This document shows, in pieces, positions 26,801-34,431 of a stretch of 64,000 nt of DNA. The position numbers were made by a program, and so were the translations under genes. The stretch lies in NCBI GenBank assembly GCA_021808485.1, contig JAKBBN010000003.1:3341-67340 (forward strand). The letters run 5' to 3'. The notes under the pieces are model-generated. The model did no database searches and had not been told where the DNA came from. It saw only the letters and a list, made by a program, of their open reading frames with translations. The stretch's first letter is position 1. Each line of letters begins with the position of its first letter. The stretch comes from Planctomycetota bacterium (lineage in GTDB: Bacteria > Planctomycetota > Phycisphaerae > WQYP01).

Positions 26801-26955
26801 AATCCGGCGAATGGGCGGTCCGTGACCGGCAGGGGAAACGTTCGTCCCGCTTCCCGCAACCCCGCCCCCGGTGCGGCGCCGGTTGGCGGCACCGGCGACC
26901 CGGGATCGACCGGGCACATGGCCTTCTGCGGGTCTATTTCCAACGGCGATTCCAC
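23851..26955 (-). CDS. FAD-binding and (Fe-S)-binding oxidoreductase (YdiJ / GlcD-GlcF fusion type)
   Basis: 1034 aa. It has an FAD-binding PCMH domain (LLPRGGGTSLAGQ), two ferredoxin-type motifs (CNGAGFCRR.., CLGCKACRTECP) and C-terminal CCG-type repeats (CCG at two sites). Confidence 0.85.
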   Translation of the reverse strand: MESPLEIDPQKAMCPVDPGSPVPPTGAAPGAGLREAGRTFPLPVTDRPFAGLTDDTAVKRLAADLQKLGIGTVHCDRHYRNLYSTDASLYQVLPLGVVMPRDADEIKTIVDYCASRRISLLPRGGGTSLAGQCANGALVMDTTPHLRRILAVDAGARTCTVEPGIGIDELNRQLEIAAPGLFFAPDPATIAQASIGGCIGNNAAGARSIMYGRTSENLAGVQVILSGGQQLWLEAGAGRRSAVAADLAIRTARVTRHCAADIRHRYPKLVRRNAGYALDSVLAQLDAGVPDAEIDLSGLICGSEGTIAVITAARLKLCPVPVARGLAVAAFADVDAAIAAVEPVLATRPSAVELLDDAVMRAAVGNSRCKPYLDMLPRVEGDLPMAVLYVEYEATELADELSPRFHALKKLVGSDHIRTWTGAGEMSEAWALRRSGEALLHGLPGLRKPVTFVEDNAIPVPRLGEFVGKFRDIVRRHGTQAAFYAHASVGVLHVRPMLNLHDAADRQTMRSIAAETAELARICGGVMSGEHGDGRVRGPLLQDFYGRNIISAFEEIKRIFDPAGILNPGMIVATQPLESITENLRTVAQPVLDQIGDLPTYFNYAKQGGLAHALELCNGAGFCRRRSGGVMCPSYRATLDERHSTRGRANALRMAVTEGQARNGRPNWHDAATLATLDLCLGCKACRTECPSNVDIAQLKAEYLAQHYRDASMPPEAAILANYRQLARVASHFAGGVNRIMSWPPAVRLLAHWGNLAPQRPMPRFSTSLFRRAAEEARRRPSPEANQGPRVVYFGDCFTAFHSSDLGMAVVRVVEKLGYSLELADAGCCGRVMISGGLLAQAAAQIRRTLARLAAFACDPRVVAIVVSEPSCFSAMIDDWPKLRNTGSPQLRNAILQKIICIEDFVEKHWDRHPCRPVLAVRPVAAVFHGHCHQKALWGTRGVGDLLRRLCGENLHMPPTGCCGMAGAFGYKQDHYAVSMKLFAESEFDPLRQASADTILLAGGYSCREQIYHATGRRAIHPIQLLDQMLTVPD

Positions 26956-27084
26956 GGATGCAAGCTCCTTGCATTGGGCCGGTACGCAGCGGTAAAGCCG
27001 CCGTCGAACCGGTCAAAAAGGCGTTAACGGAAGTATATTGGCCGCGTCACACGGATTCAATTTCAAAAAATCAATCGCGGCGCA

Positions 27085-27127
27085 TAATTTACCTGAACAA
27101 TAACTGCGTCTACACGATTAATTTACC
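27085..27127 (+). repeat. 9-nt direct repeat TAATTTACC x2 upstream of the GDSL/PEP-CTERM gene
   Basis: Copies at 27085..27093 and 27119..27127, 34 nt start to start, in an AT-rich spacer. Confidence 0.3.
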
Positions 27128-27240
27128 GATGTTTGCGGGACGCGATGTCTTGTAGGGCGGAGCGGCAGCGGCTAGGATAAATAAATGAAGGGTTATGTTT
27201 GAACTGTTTGTCAGGCAATAAAGATTACGGGAGTGCAGCA

Positions 27241-28362
27241 ATGAAATCCACGATAACAGCCGGAACCTTGATGGCAATTGCGGTGATCACGGCGGCAGCC
27301 GGTTCGCCTGCCCGTGCCAGCCGGGCCTACACGCTGCCGATTAATCAGATGGTGGTATTTGGAGACAGTCTTTCCGATACCGGCAACCTTACCAATCTGT
27401 TAAGCGGGACAGCTTATGCATCCGACGCAGCCGCCCCACCATATTACGCGTCGGGTGAATTTACCGACGGCGCCAACACCGATCCATCCACCACCATACT
27501 GGGGCTGTGGGATCAGCAATTTGCGGCTGACTTGAACCTTCCCAGCCCGACGCCGGCGCTTTCAACCAGTTTTTTATCCACCTATCTGCTTACGGGCGGT
27601 TATTCACTAATTCCGGGTGGCACCAATTTTGCCGTGGCCGGTTCGGTCACCGGCAATACCGTTATCAACCTTGCGGCAAACCAGTTTCAGGCAGGCATGA
27701 GCACGCAAGTCGCGGCGTATGAGTCGCAGTTCACAGCCGGGACTTCGGTTAATACAAATTCCCTTTACGCATTCTGGGGCGGCGCCAATGATATTTTAAA
27801 TGCCGCTTCCGCCTCCGGGGCCACGCAAAATTCCGTCATTTCCGCGGGCACCGCCGCCGCGAATAATATTTCCGGATACATCGGGAATCTTGCGGCGCAC
27901 GGGGCAAAATATTTCCTGTGGTTTAACCTGCCGCCGCTGAATGCCACGCCGGAAGAATCCACGTCATCACTTGCCGGGGCAATCGGCACCGCATCGTCCG
28001 ATTTTAATTCAACCGAAGCCACGGACGCCGCCGCGCTGCTGTCATCCAATCCCGGCATCAGGATTATTACGGTGGATATTAATACGTTGTTTAACACAAT
28101 GGCCGCAAACCCGTCAGCATACGGTTTTTTCAACGTCGTTAAGCCGGCGCAGGGACTTCCGGTAAATCCGAACCAATATCTGTTCTGGGACAAACTGCAC
28201 CCCACCACCGCCGCCGATTCCTTCGTAGCACAAGCCGCAGCCGCTGATACAATTAACGCGCTGGGTATCCCGACACCCGAACCGGCGGAACTGGCGCTGC
28301 TTTTAACTGGTTTCGGATTGGCCTTTGCCCGGCGAAGTCATCGGCGCCGTCGGTCACATTGA
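27241..28362 (+). CDS. SGNH/GDSL hydrolase with a PEP-CTERM sorting domain
   Basis: Signal peptide, GDSL blocks VVFGDSLSDTGN, GGTNFAVAGS, WGGANDI and DKLHPT, and the C-terminal PEP-CTERM tail PEPAELALLLTGFGLAFARRSHRRRR. Confidence 0.85.
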   Translation: MKSTITAGTLMAIAVITAAAGSPARASRAYTLPINQMVVFGDSLSDTGNLTNLLSGTAYASDAAAPPYYASGEFTDGANTDPSTTILGLWDQQFAADLNLPSPTPALSTSFLSTYLLTGGYSLIPGGTNFAVAGSVTGNTVINLAANQFQAGMSTQVAAYESQFTAGTSVNTNSLYAFWGGANDILNAASASGATQNSVISAGTAAANNISGYIGNLAAHGAKYFLWFNLPPLNATPEESTSSLAGAIGTASSDFNSTEATDAAALLSSNPGIRIITVDINTLFNTMAANPSAYGFFNVVKPAQGLPVNPNQYLFWDKLHPTTAADSFVAQAAAADTINALGIPTPEPAELALLLTGFGLAFARRSHRRRRSH

Positions 28363-28415
28363 TAATCGCTGCCGGGGCTTATACCGCATAACAGAGACCG
28401 GGAAATTAACCTTGC

Positions 28416-29150
28416 ATGAATGACAATGAACCCATATCCGTGCATTCCGCCGTTCCCACCGTACTTTCCGCCCTGAAGCAGCGGCATCAGGCCGTCCGCG
28501 GTCAGTTGCTGATATTGCTGGGCGCCGGCCTGCCCCTGTCGCTTATTGGCCCGCTGTTGTTCGGCACGCTGTTTTATTTTGCCAATAAAGTACTGGCATG
28601 GGGATATCACGGCTGGCCGCAACTGTGGTGGATCGTATTTGTCCTTTTGTTCGGCGCCGTCATGGTGCCGCTGCTGTATTTGCGCGAAAAAAACAACATT
28701 GCTCCGGAAGCGGAACTGATTCGTACGGATAATGAAGGCAAGACCATCACCTCTGTTTCGCAAAGCGCCACAGACCTGACCAGCATGGGGTTCATGGGCA
28801 TGCAAGTGGGCGACATGGACGACATTCCCGCCGACAAGTGGTTTGTCCGGCCGTTGCTGCTGGGGCCGAAGATGGTGGTGCGTGCTTGGCCGCAAAAAAA
28901 ATTGCTGGATCATCTTGCCGGGGCGGTGGATCATATAACCGCGGCCAAAGTGCTGATCCAGCTTTCCGGCAGCAGCAGGGGCGTGGCTGTTTCCGACCTT
29001 GCCACCGGCGTGGAACAGGATACGGCCAGGCTGCAGACCGCACTGATTTATCTGAGGCAATTAAGCTGGCTGGATACCAATTCCGACGCCACGCGCGTGT
29101 GGCTTACATCGGACGCCAAAGATGGTCTGGCGGGCATCGTCATGAGTTAA
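28416..29150 (+). CDS. Hypothetical membrane protein
   Basis: Two clear TM helices (LLILLGAGLPLSLIGPLLFGTLFYF, WWIVFVLLFGAVMVPLLYL) and a soluble C-terminal half. It starts 53 nt after the GDSL gene. Confidence 0.6.
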   Translation: MNDNEPISVHSAVPTVLSALKQRHQAVRGQLLILLGAGLPLSLIGPLLFGTLFYFANKVLAWGYHGWPQLWWIVFVLLFGAVMVPLLYLREKNNIAPEAELIRTDNEGKTITSVSQSATDLTSMGFMGMQVGDMDDIPADKWFVRPLLLGPKMVVRAWPQKKLLDHLAGAVDHITAAKVLIQLSGSSRGVAVSDLATGVEQDTARLQTALIYLRQLSWLDTNSDATRVWLTSDAKDGLAGIVMS

Positions 29151-29249
29151 GATTCCGCACGTTCATGGCTTGACCGCGGCGATTCGCGGAAGTTTTCCAT
29201 ATCTGAGAGCGGCAACCGGTTTTGCCGTCAAATTTTATCATGATCCGCG

Positions 29250-30284
29250 CTACCCCTGCATCTGCTGCTGCAGCGCCGCGGGCAGCATGGCGGCAATATC
29301 CGTAGCCAGCAATCCGGCCGGACCAATACGCTGGGCCGCGATATCTCCTGCCAGACCGTGCAGGTGCACACCCAACACAGCCGCATCCAGCGGACTAAAC
29401 CGCTGCCCGAGCATAGCGGCAATGACGCCGGCCAGCACATCCCCGCTTCCCGCGGTCGCCATTCCCGGATTCCCCGTTTTGTTGATTGCCGTGCGGCGGC
29501 CGTCGGCGATAACGGTGCGGTGTCCCTTCAGCACCACCACGCATCCGGTACCCCGGCTAAGCAGTTCCGCCAAAGCGGAGTTATCCGGGCTGCCTGGAGC
29601 CTCCTGAATTTGCGACGCCTGAACTTCGGCGTTCAGGGCCGTCTCCACCGGCAGATCCACGGGAATACCGTCGGCGGTGCTGGGAGAGTCATCGTCCACC
29701 AGGCTTCGCGGAGCCTTCGGCGACGCGGACGCCTGTTCCGCTATTTGTCCGGCTGCTTCCGGCGTCAGGGCCACATCCCCGCCGCGTTTCATCACGGCCG
29801 CCATGAGCCTCATGAATTCACCCATATGCGGCGTCAAGACAATATTGGACCAGTCCCGCCGCGTAGGCCATTCGCTGGCCTCCAGGGCGGAGAGTGTATT
29901 CAGAGCGTCGGCATCCAGCACCATGGGGCGATGGTGCCGCTCCAGCAATTCCAGTACGATCCGCCGGGTAAACGGCGTCATGCCCATGCCCGGGCCGACC
30001 ACCACCGCATCGTGCTGATCCGCGAAGGTCAGTAGAGATTTGGTATCCCGTGCACTAAGCGGGAAACCCGTGGCGGTGGGACAGATGGCAAGCACATGCG
30101 GGAGAATTTCCTTATGCGTTGCGATGCGTACCATACCCGCACCGGCGCGGAATGCCCCCAGCGCGGACAGTGACGGCGCGCCGGGCATATTTTCGCTGCC
30201 GGCAATAACCAGCACTTTGCCGTAATCGCCTTTGTGAGTGTTATTCCGCCGTGATGAAAGTTTCGGGAGTTCAATCGTTTCCAT
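29250..30284 (-). CDS. nnrD: ADP/ATP-dependent NAD(P)H-hydrate dehydratase (YjeF C-terminal type)
   Basis: HKGDYGKVLVIAGS, PGAPSLSALGAFRAGAG, TPHMGEF and GSGDVLAGVIAAMLGQ. A roughly 65-aa low-complexity insert is present. Confidence 0.85.
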   Translation of the reverse strand: METIELPKLSSRRNNTHKGDYGKVLVIAGSENMPGAPSLSALGAFRAGAGMVRIATHKEILPHVLAICPTATGFPLSARDTKSLLTFADQHDAVVVGPGMGMTPFTRRIVLELLERHHRPMVLDADALNTLSALEASEWPTRRDWSNIVLTPHMGEFMRLMAAVMKRGGDVALTPEAAGQIAEQASASPKAPRSLVDDDSPSTADGIPVDLPVETALNAEVQASQIQEAPGSPDNSALAELLSRGTGCVVVLKGHRTVIADGRRTAINKTGNPGMATAGSGDVLAGVIAAMLGQRFSPLDAAVLGVHLHGLAGDIAAQRIGPAGLLATDIAAMLPAALQQQMQG

Positions 30285-30508
30285 ACCGGTAAGTTATTGG
30301 AGAGAAGCGGATGCGGCAAGTGCTCCCTGTTCCCTTCGGTATCTCGCCCCATCCCCCAACCGGGAAAAAAGAGCCGGCCGGAATATCCCGCCATGACACG
30401 GCACTGACCGCCGCCCCGACGCGGCCTGCAGTTTTCGGCTTTTTTCCGCCATGGTGCGCGGTCGGGGGCGGAAACGGACCCTGTTCCGCCCTCCACCACG
30501 GATTGCAC

Positions 30509-30514
30509 TATAAT
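30509..30514 (+). promoter_or_regulatory. Canonical -10 box 6 nt upstream of the cysteine desulfurase ATG (leaderless-type arrangement)
   Basis: TATAAT, then TAAAAC, then ATG at 30521. No SD-like purine run lies between them. Confidence 0.3.
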
Positions 30515-30520
30515 TAAAAC

Positions 30521-31678
30521 ATGATTTATCTGGACAACAATGCCACAACGCGTATTCACCCGGAGGTCCTTTCCGCCATGCTCCCCTGGCTGACGGACCA
30601 ATACGCCAATCCATCAAGCGTACATCAGTTCGGGCAGGAAGCCCGGCAGGCAATTGAAGCGGCACGTTATCAACTGGCCGCTTTGGCCGGTTGCCGGATA
30701 TCCGAAGTGATTTTTACCAGCGGCGGCACCGAGGCGGACAACGCCGCCATCACCGGGATCGCCGCCGGAGCGCCGCCGGAACGCCGCACGATTGTGACAT
30801 CCGCGGTTGAACACAGCGCGGTAAGGGAAACGCTGGCCGGACTGGCGCGGCTGGGCTGGAATATCATCGAAATTCCCGTTGACATCAGCGGACATCTGAA
30901 CATGCGGATGCTGGAAGAGGCCTTGGGCGAACACAAAACCGCACTGGTCACCATCATGTGGGCCAACAACGAGACGGGTGTTGTATTTGATGTGGCCGCC
31001 ATCGGCCATCTGGCCCGGCAACATGGTGCTGTTTTTCATACCGATGCGGTGCAGGCGGCAGGAAAAACACCGCTGCGGTTTTCCGACATGCCGATTGATC
31101 TGCTATCCATCAGCGGACATAAATTCCACGGCCCCAAGGGAACCGGGGCGTTGATTGTGCGCCGCGGAAATAAATGGCGGCCGTTTATTCGCGGCGGACC
31201 GCAGGAGCGTGACCGCCGGGGCGGTACGGAAAATGTCGCGGGGATTGTGGGAATGGGCCGGGCCGCGGCAATGGCTGTTCAGCGAATGGAACATTCGGAC
31301 GATAATGCCCGGATTGCGGGCCTGCGCGACCATCTGGAGCAGGGCATCCTGGGTGCGATTCCCGATTCGCACATCAACGGCGACGCCACGGCCCGCATCA
31401 TGAACACCGCCAACATCGGCTTTGACCGGCTGGAGGCCGAAGCCATTCTCATCCTGCTCAGTCAGCATGAAATCTGCGCCAGCGCCGGTGCGGCATGCTC
31501 CAGTGGGTCACTGGAACCATCGCATGTGCTGCGGGCCATGCACATACCCGAACGCACGGCGCACGGCGCAATTCGATTCTCACTTTCCCATTTCACCACT
31601 TCGCAGGAAATTGATGCAGTCCTGCGGGTAATGCCGGAAATCATCCAACGCCTGCGCAAGGCACTGCCGGCGATATAA
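30521..31678 (+). CDS. Cysteine desulfurase (NifS/IscS class I)
   Basis: MIYLDNNATT start, PLP lysine in SGHKFHGPKG and the active-site loop SAGAACSSG. Confidence 0.9.
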   Translation: MIYLDNNATTRIHPEVLSAMLPWLTDQYANPSSVHQFGQEARQAIEAARYQLAALAGCRISEVIFTSGGTEADNAAITGIAAGAPPERRTIVTSAVEHSAVRETLAGLARLGWNIIEIPVDISGHLNMRMLEEALGEHKTALVTIMWANNETGVVFDVAAIGHLARQHGAVFHTDAVQAAGKTPLRFSDMPIDLLSISGHKFHGPKGTGALIVRRGNKWRPFIRGGPQERDRRGGTENVAGIVGMGRAAAMAVQRMEHSDDNARIAGLRDHLEQGILGAIPDSHINGDATARIMNTANIGFDRLEAEAILILLSQHEICASAGAACSSGSLEPSHVLRAMHIPERTAHGAIRFSLSHFTTSQEIDAVLRVMPEIIQRLRKALPAI

Positions 31679-31839
31679 AGTGAAACGCCGGCGATTCTAC
31701 TCACGGGGGGCCGCCTAGCGGATCACCAAAGTTGCCGGTTCCGGGGCATTTCCCTATCTTCGGACCGGATTTTAACCTACAGCACGGTTCGGACTATGCG
31801 ACTATAATGCCGGAACAGAACTGGAACCCGGAGCAATCA

Positions 31840-32811
31840 ATGGCCAAGAAATTCAAAGACCTCACCGAACAGGAAATACTGGCACTGGCAATTCAGCAGG
31901 AAGAGGCCGACAGCAAAGTTTACGGTGAATTCGCATTGGCACTGGGACCGGATTTTCCGGCCTCCCAGAAAATATTTCTTGAAATGCAGAAAACCGAAAC
32001 GGAGCACCGCCGTCGACTGACGGATTTATATGTGCAGCAGTTTGGCAATCATATTGTGCTGATCACACGTGATGATGTCCGCGGCTTTGTGAACCGCCGC
32101 CCTACATGGCTGGTGATAAAGCTTGGATTAAAGGCCATGCGCCAGCAGACGGAAATCATGGAACTGGAAACGAGCCGGTTTTACGAAACCGCGGCCAAGC
32201 GCACCACCAATACGGCCATCCGCAGCCTGCTGACGGATCTGGCCGAGGCGGAACGCCAACATTCGGACACGTCGGCCATGCTGGAGGAAGAACACCTGAC
32301 CCCCAGCGTCCGCAAACAGGAAGATGAAGCGCGGCGTCGGCTGTTTATATTGCAGATCGTGCAGCCGGGACTGGCCGGCTTGATGGATGGATCCGTTTCC
32401 ACTTTGGCGCCCATTTTCGCCGTGGCACTTTACAGTCATCATACTTGGCCGGCATTTCTGGCCGGACTGGCCACCTCCGTGGGTGCAGGCATTTCCATGG
32501 GCTTCGCGGAGGCCCTTTCGGATGACGGCGCTCTTACCGGCCGCGGCCATCCTCTGGCCCGCGGAACGGTGTGCGGACTGATGACCGCCGGCGGCGGCCT
32601 GGGCCACACGCTTCCCTTTTTAATTCCACAGTTTCACGTCGCCCTGTCATTGGCGATTGCGGTGGTTTTTGTCGAACTTTGGGCGATCAGCTGGATACGC
32701 TTCAAATACATGGATACCCCGCTCTGGCAGTCTATTCGGACAGTGTTTATCGGCGGCGTGCTGGTATTTCTTGCCGGCGTACTCATCGGGTATTTCGGCG
32801 GCGGCGGTTGA
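31840..32811 (+). CDS. Ferritin-like (erythrin) domain fused to a VIT1/CCC1 iron transporter domain (MbfA-like)
   Basis: N-terminal ExxH pairs (ETEHRR, EAERQH) and a C-terminal multi-TM VIT1-like part. GGAG lies 6 nt upstream of ATG 31840. ATG 31807 is an alternative start. Confidence 0.8.
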   Translation: MAKKFKDLTEQEILALAIQQEEADSKVYGEFALALGPDFPASQKIFLEMQKTETEHRRRLTDLYVQQFGNHIVLITRDDVRGFVNRRPTWLVIKLGLKAMRQQTEIMELETSRFYETAAKRTTNTAIRSLLTDLAEAERQHSDTSAMLEEEHLTPSVRKQEDEARRRLFILQIVQPGLAGLMDGSVSTLAPIFAVALYSHHTWPAFLAGLATSVGAGISMGFAEALSDDGALTGRGHPLARGTVCGLMTAGGGLGHTLPFLIPQFHVALSLAIAVVFVELWAISWIRFKYMDTPLWQSIRTVFIGGVLVFLAGVLIGYFGGGG

Positions 32812-32877
32812 TTTGCCCCTGCACAATGCCGCCCCTGCATGCGCGACGGACCGGCCCGGCACAAGGCGATTTTTACG

Positions 32878-34239
32878 TCACTTCTGAACCGGCAATGCCA
32901 CGTTACGAAACATGAACGGCAAACGAATCACCCGAATCGATTGATATACTCGCACGACCATTTTTGACGGCCGGGCGGCGATTTTGCGGCCTGCCGCGGT
33001 GATGGGTTTGTAGAAATACTGGAAATATCCCTTGCGCATGTTCAGTTTTCCTTTATAGCCGGCGGGTTTGAACAATTGCCCCGCCGGGTCCATCAGTTGC
33101 GGGTAGTTCAAACCGTTAAATGAATCCACGACGCTTTGTGCCGCCTCCGAGGGCAGCGGGACATTGCCATCGCGTGGAACATGGTAATGCAACCTCACAA
33201 TAAACATGTTGTCCTGCGCGTACATTTCTCCCAGGCGCAGGCGCACGCCGTCGACCACTGATTTACCACCGGAAAACGGCGTGGGAAACACCACGCGGGT
33301 GGACGTAACGCATACGCGCACCGGCATGCCGCCGCGCAATACCCGCAATATATTCGCTTTATCCGGCCATTGACGTATGGGCCGCTGAAACTCAAAAAAC
33401 TCGCCTGCCGTACTGTAAAACGCGTTGGGCCAGGGATGGTTGAACGGCCAGGCACGCCCCCGGCCGCGATTGTCCACCACTTCCGTAATTGCCGGCGGCG
33501 AGGGAAATCCGGCCAGGTGAGCGCCGGGATCCACCAACAATGTCAGGTAAACCACCAGATGTTTTCCTGCCGGAGCCGTGGCGGGGCTGCCCAGCGGTCT
33601 GTCAACAAACGCGGTATGCGCGGAAATTAAAAATGCCCCATCATCCTGCACCGGATCACGCGGCCCAATGCGCAGCGCATCATCATGCAGACTGGGAAAC
33701 AACACCAATGTGCCCGGAACATGTTCCGGATCCGCTATCAACAGGCCGGCATTGTGGGCGATTGTTTGAACCACCTTCAATACCGGTTGATGCTGCATAT
33801 CCAATGAAAAACGTTGCCCGGCCATTGCGCCGGCCGCTGGACTTAAGCGGACATGAAACGCCCCTCCCGTTTCGCGTTCCACCTGCCGCAAAATTTGAGC
33901 AAGCGGCTCGTTGTTGGCCAGGATTGAAATAAGAGTTCCGCGCTGAATTATCTGGTAATTAATCTGGAACACCGTTTGGCGGATACGCCGCCGCAACACC
34001 GGTGAATTTGCGTTATCCAGCGCCGCTTGCAAGGCCGGCAGTGCCGCTTTGCCTATGGCCGCAAGGTTCTGCCGGGCATTAAAGCGACTGGAATATGTAT
34101 TGCTGGCGAGCCTGCTGATGAGGAGTTTAATCTTCGAATTGATCCCGGAAGACTTACTTCCGGTCGCCGCGGCCGCCGTCACGGCTCCCAGTATGACGGC
34201 CAACAGAAATGCCACCGAAAAATCGCATTGCTTTTTCAT
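32878..34239 (-). CDS. Hypothetical secreted protein (HEAT-like N-terminal motif)
   Basis: Start at MKKQCDFSVAFLLAVILGAVTAAAA (signal peptide). The segment ARQNLAAIGKAALPALQAALDN is HEAT/PBS-lyase-like. I do not recognise the rest. Confidence 0.6.
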   Translation of the reverse strand: MKKQCDFSVAFLLAVILGAVTAAAATGSKSSGINSKIKLLISRLASNTYSSRFNARQNLAAIGKAALPALQAALDNANSPVLRRRIRQTVFQINYQIIQRGTLISILANNEPLAQILRQVERETGGAFHVRLSPAAGAMAGQRFSLDMQHQPVLKVVQTIAHNAGLLIADPEHVPGTLVLFPSLHDDALRIGPRDPVQDDGAFLISAHTAFVDRPLGSPATAPAGKHLVVYLTLLVDPGAHLAGFPSPPAITEVVDNRGRGRAWPFNHPWPNAFYSTAGEFFEFQRPIRQWPDKANILRVLRGGMPVRVCVTSTRVVFPTPFSGGKSVVDGVRLRLGEMYAQDNMFIVRLHYHVPRDGNVPLPSEAAQSVVDSFNGLNYPQLMDPAGQLFKPAGYKGKLNMRKGYFQYFYKPITAAGRKIAARPSKMVVRVYQSIRVIRLPFMFRNVALPVQK

Positions 34240-34431
34240 ATCACGGCAGTCCAACATTAATGAACGGATCGTAATTATAACCACTTCGGTCCGCCGCTGC
34301 TACAACGTGCCGGCCGCCATCGAAAACATCATGTTATTCGGGCATGAAGGTGTTTTGATTCGGCTCCGGGAGATATTTCCGCCCGGAACCTTTGAAACTG
34401 TGCGGACAATCGGTCCGCGGGTGAACACAAG

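Noticed and set aside
29749-29763. An SRP-RNA-like string (minus strand CCGGAAGCAGCCGG), found while looking for the 4.5S RNA helix-8 motif.
   Set aside because: It lies inside the nnrD reading frame, where it encodes ..PEAAGQ.. in the insertion. It lacks the flanking GGAA tetraloop and symmetric-loop context and has no complementary 3' strand nearby.
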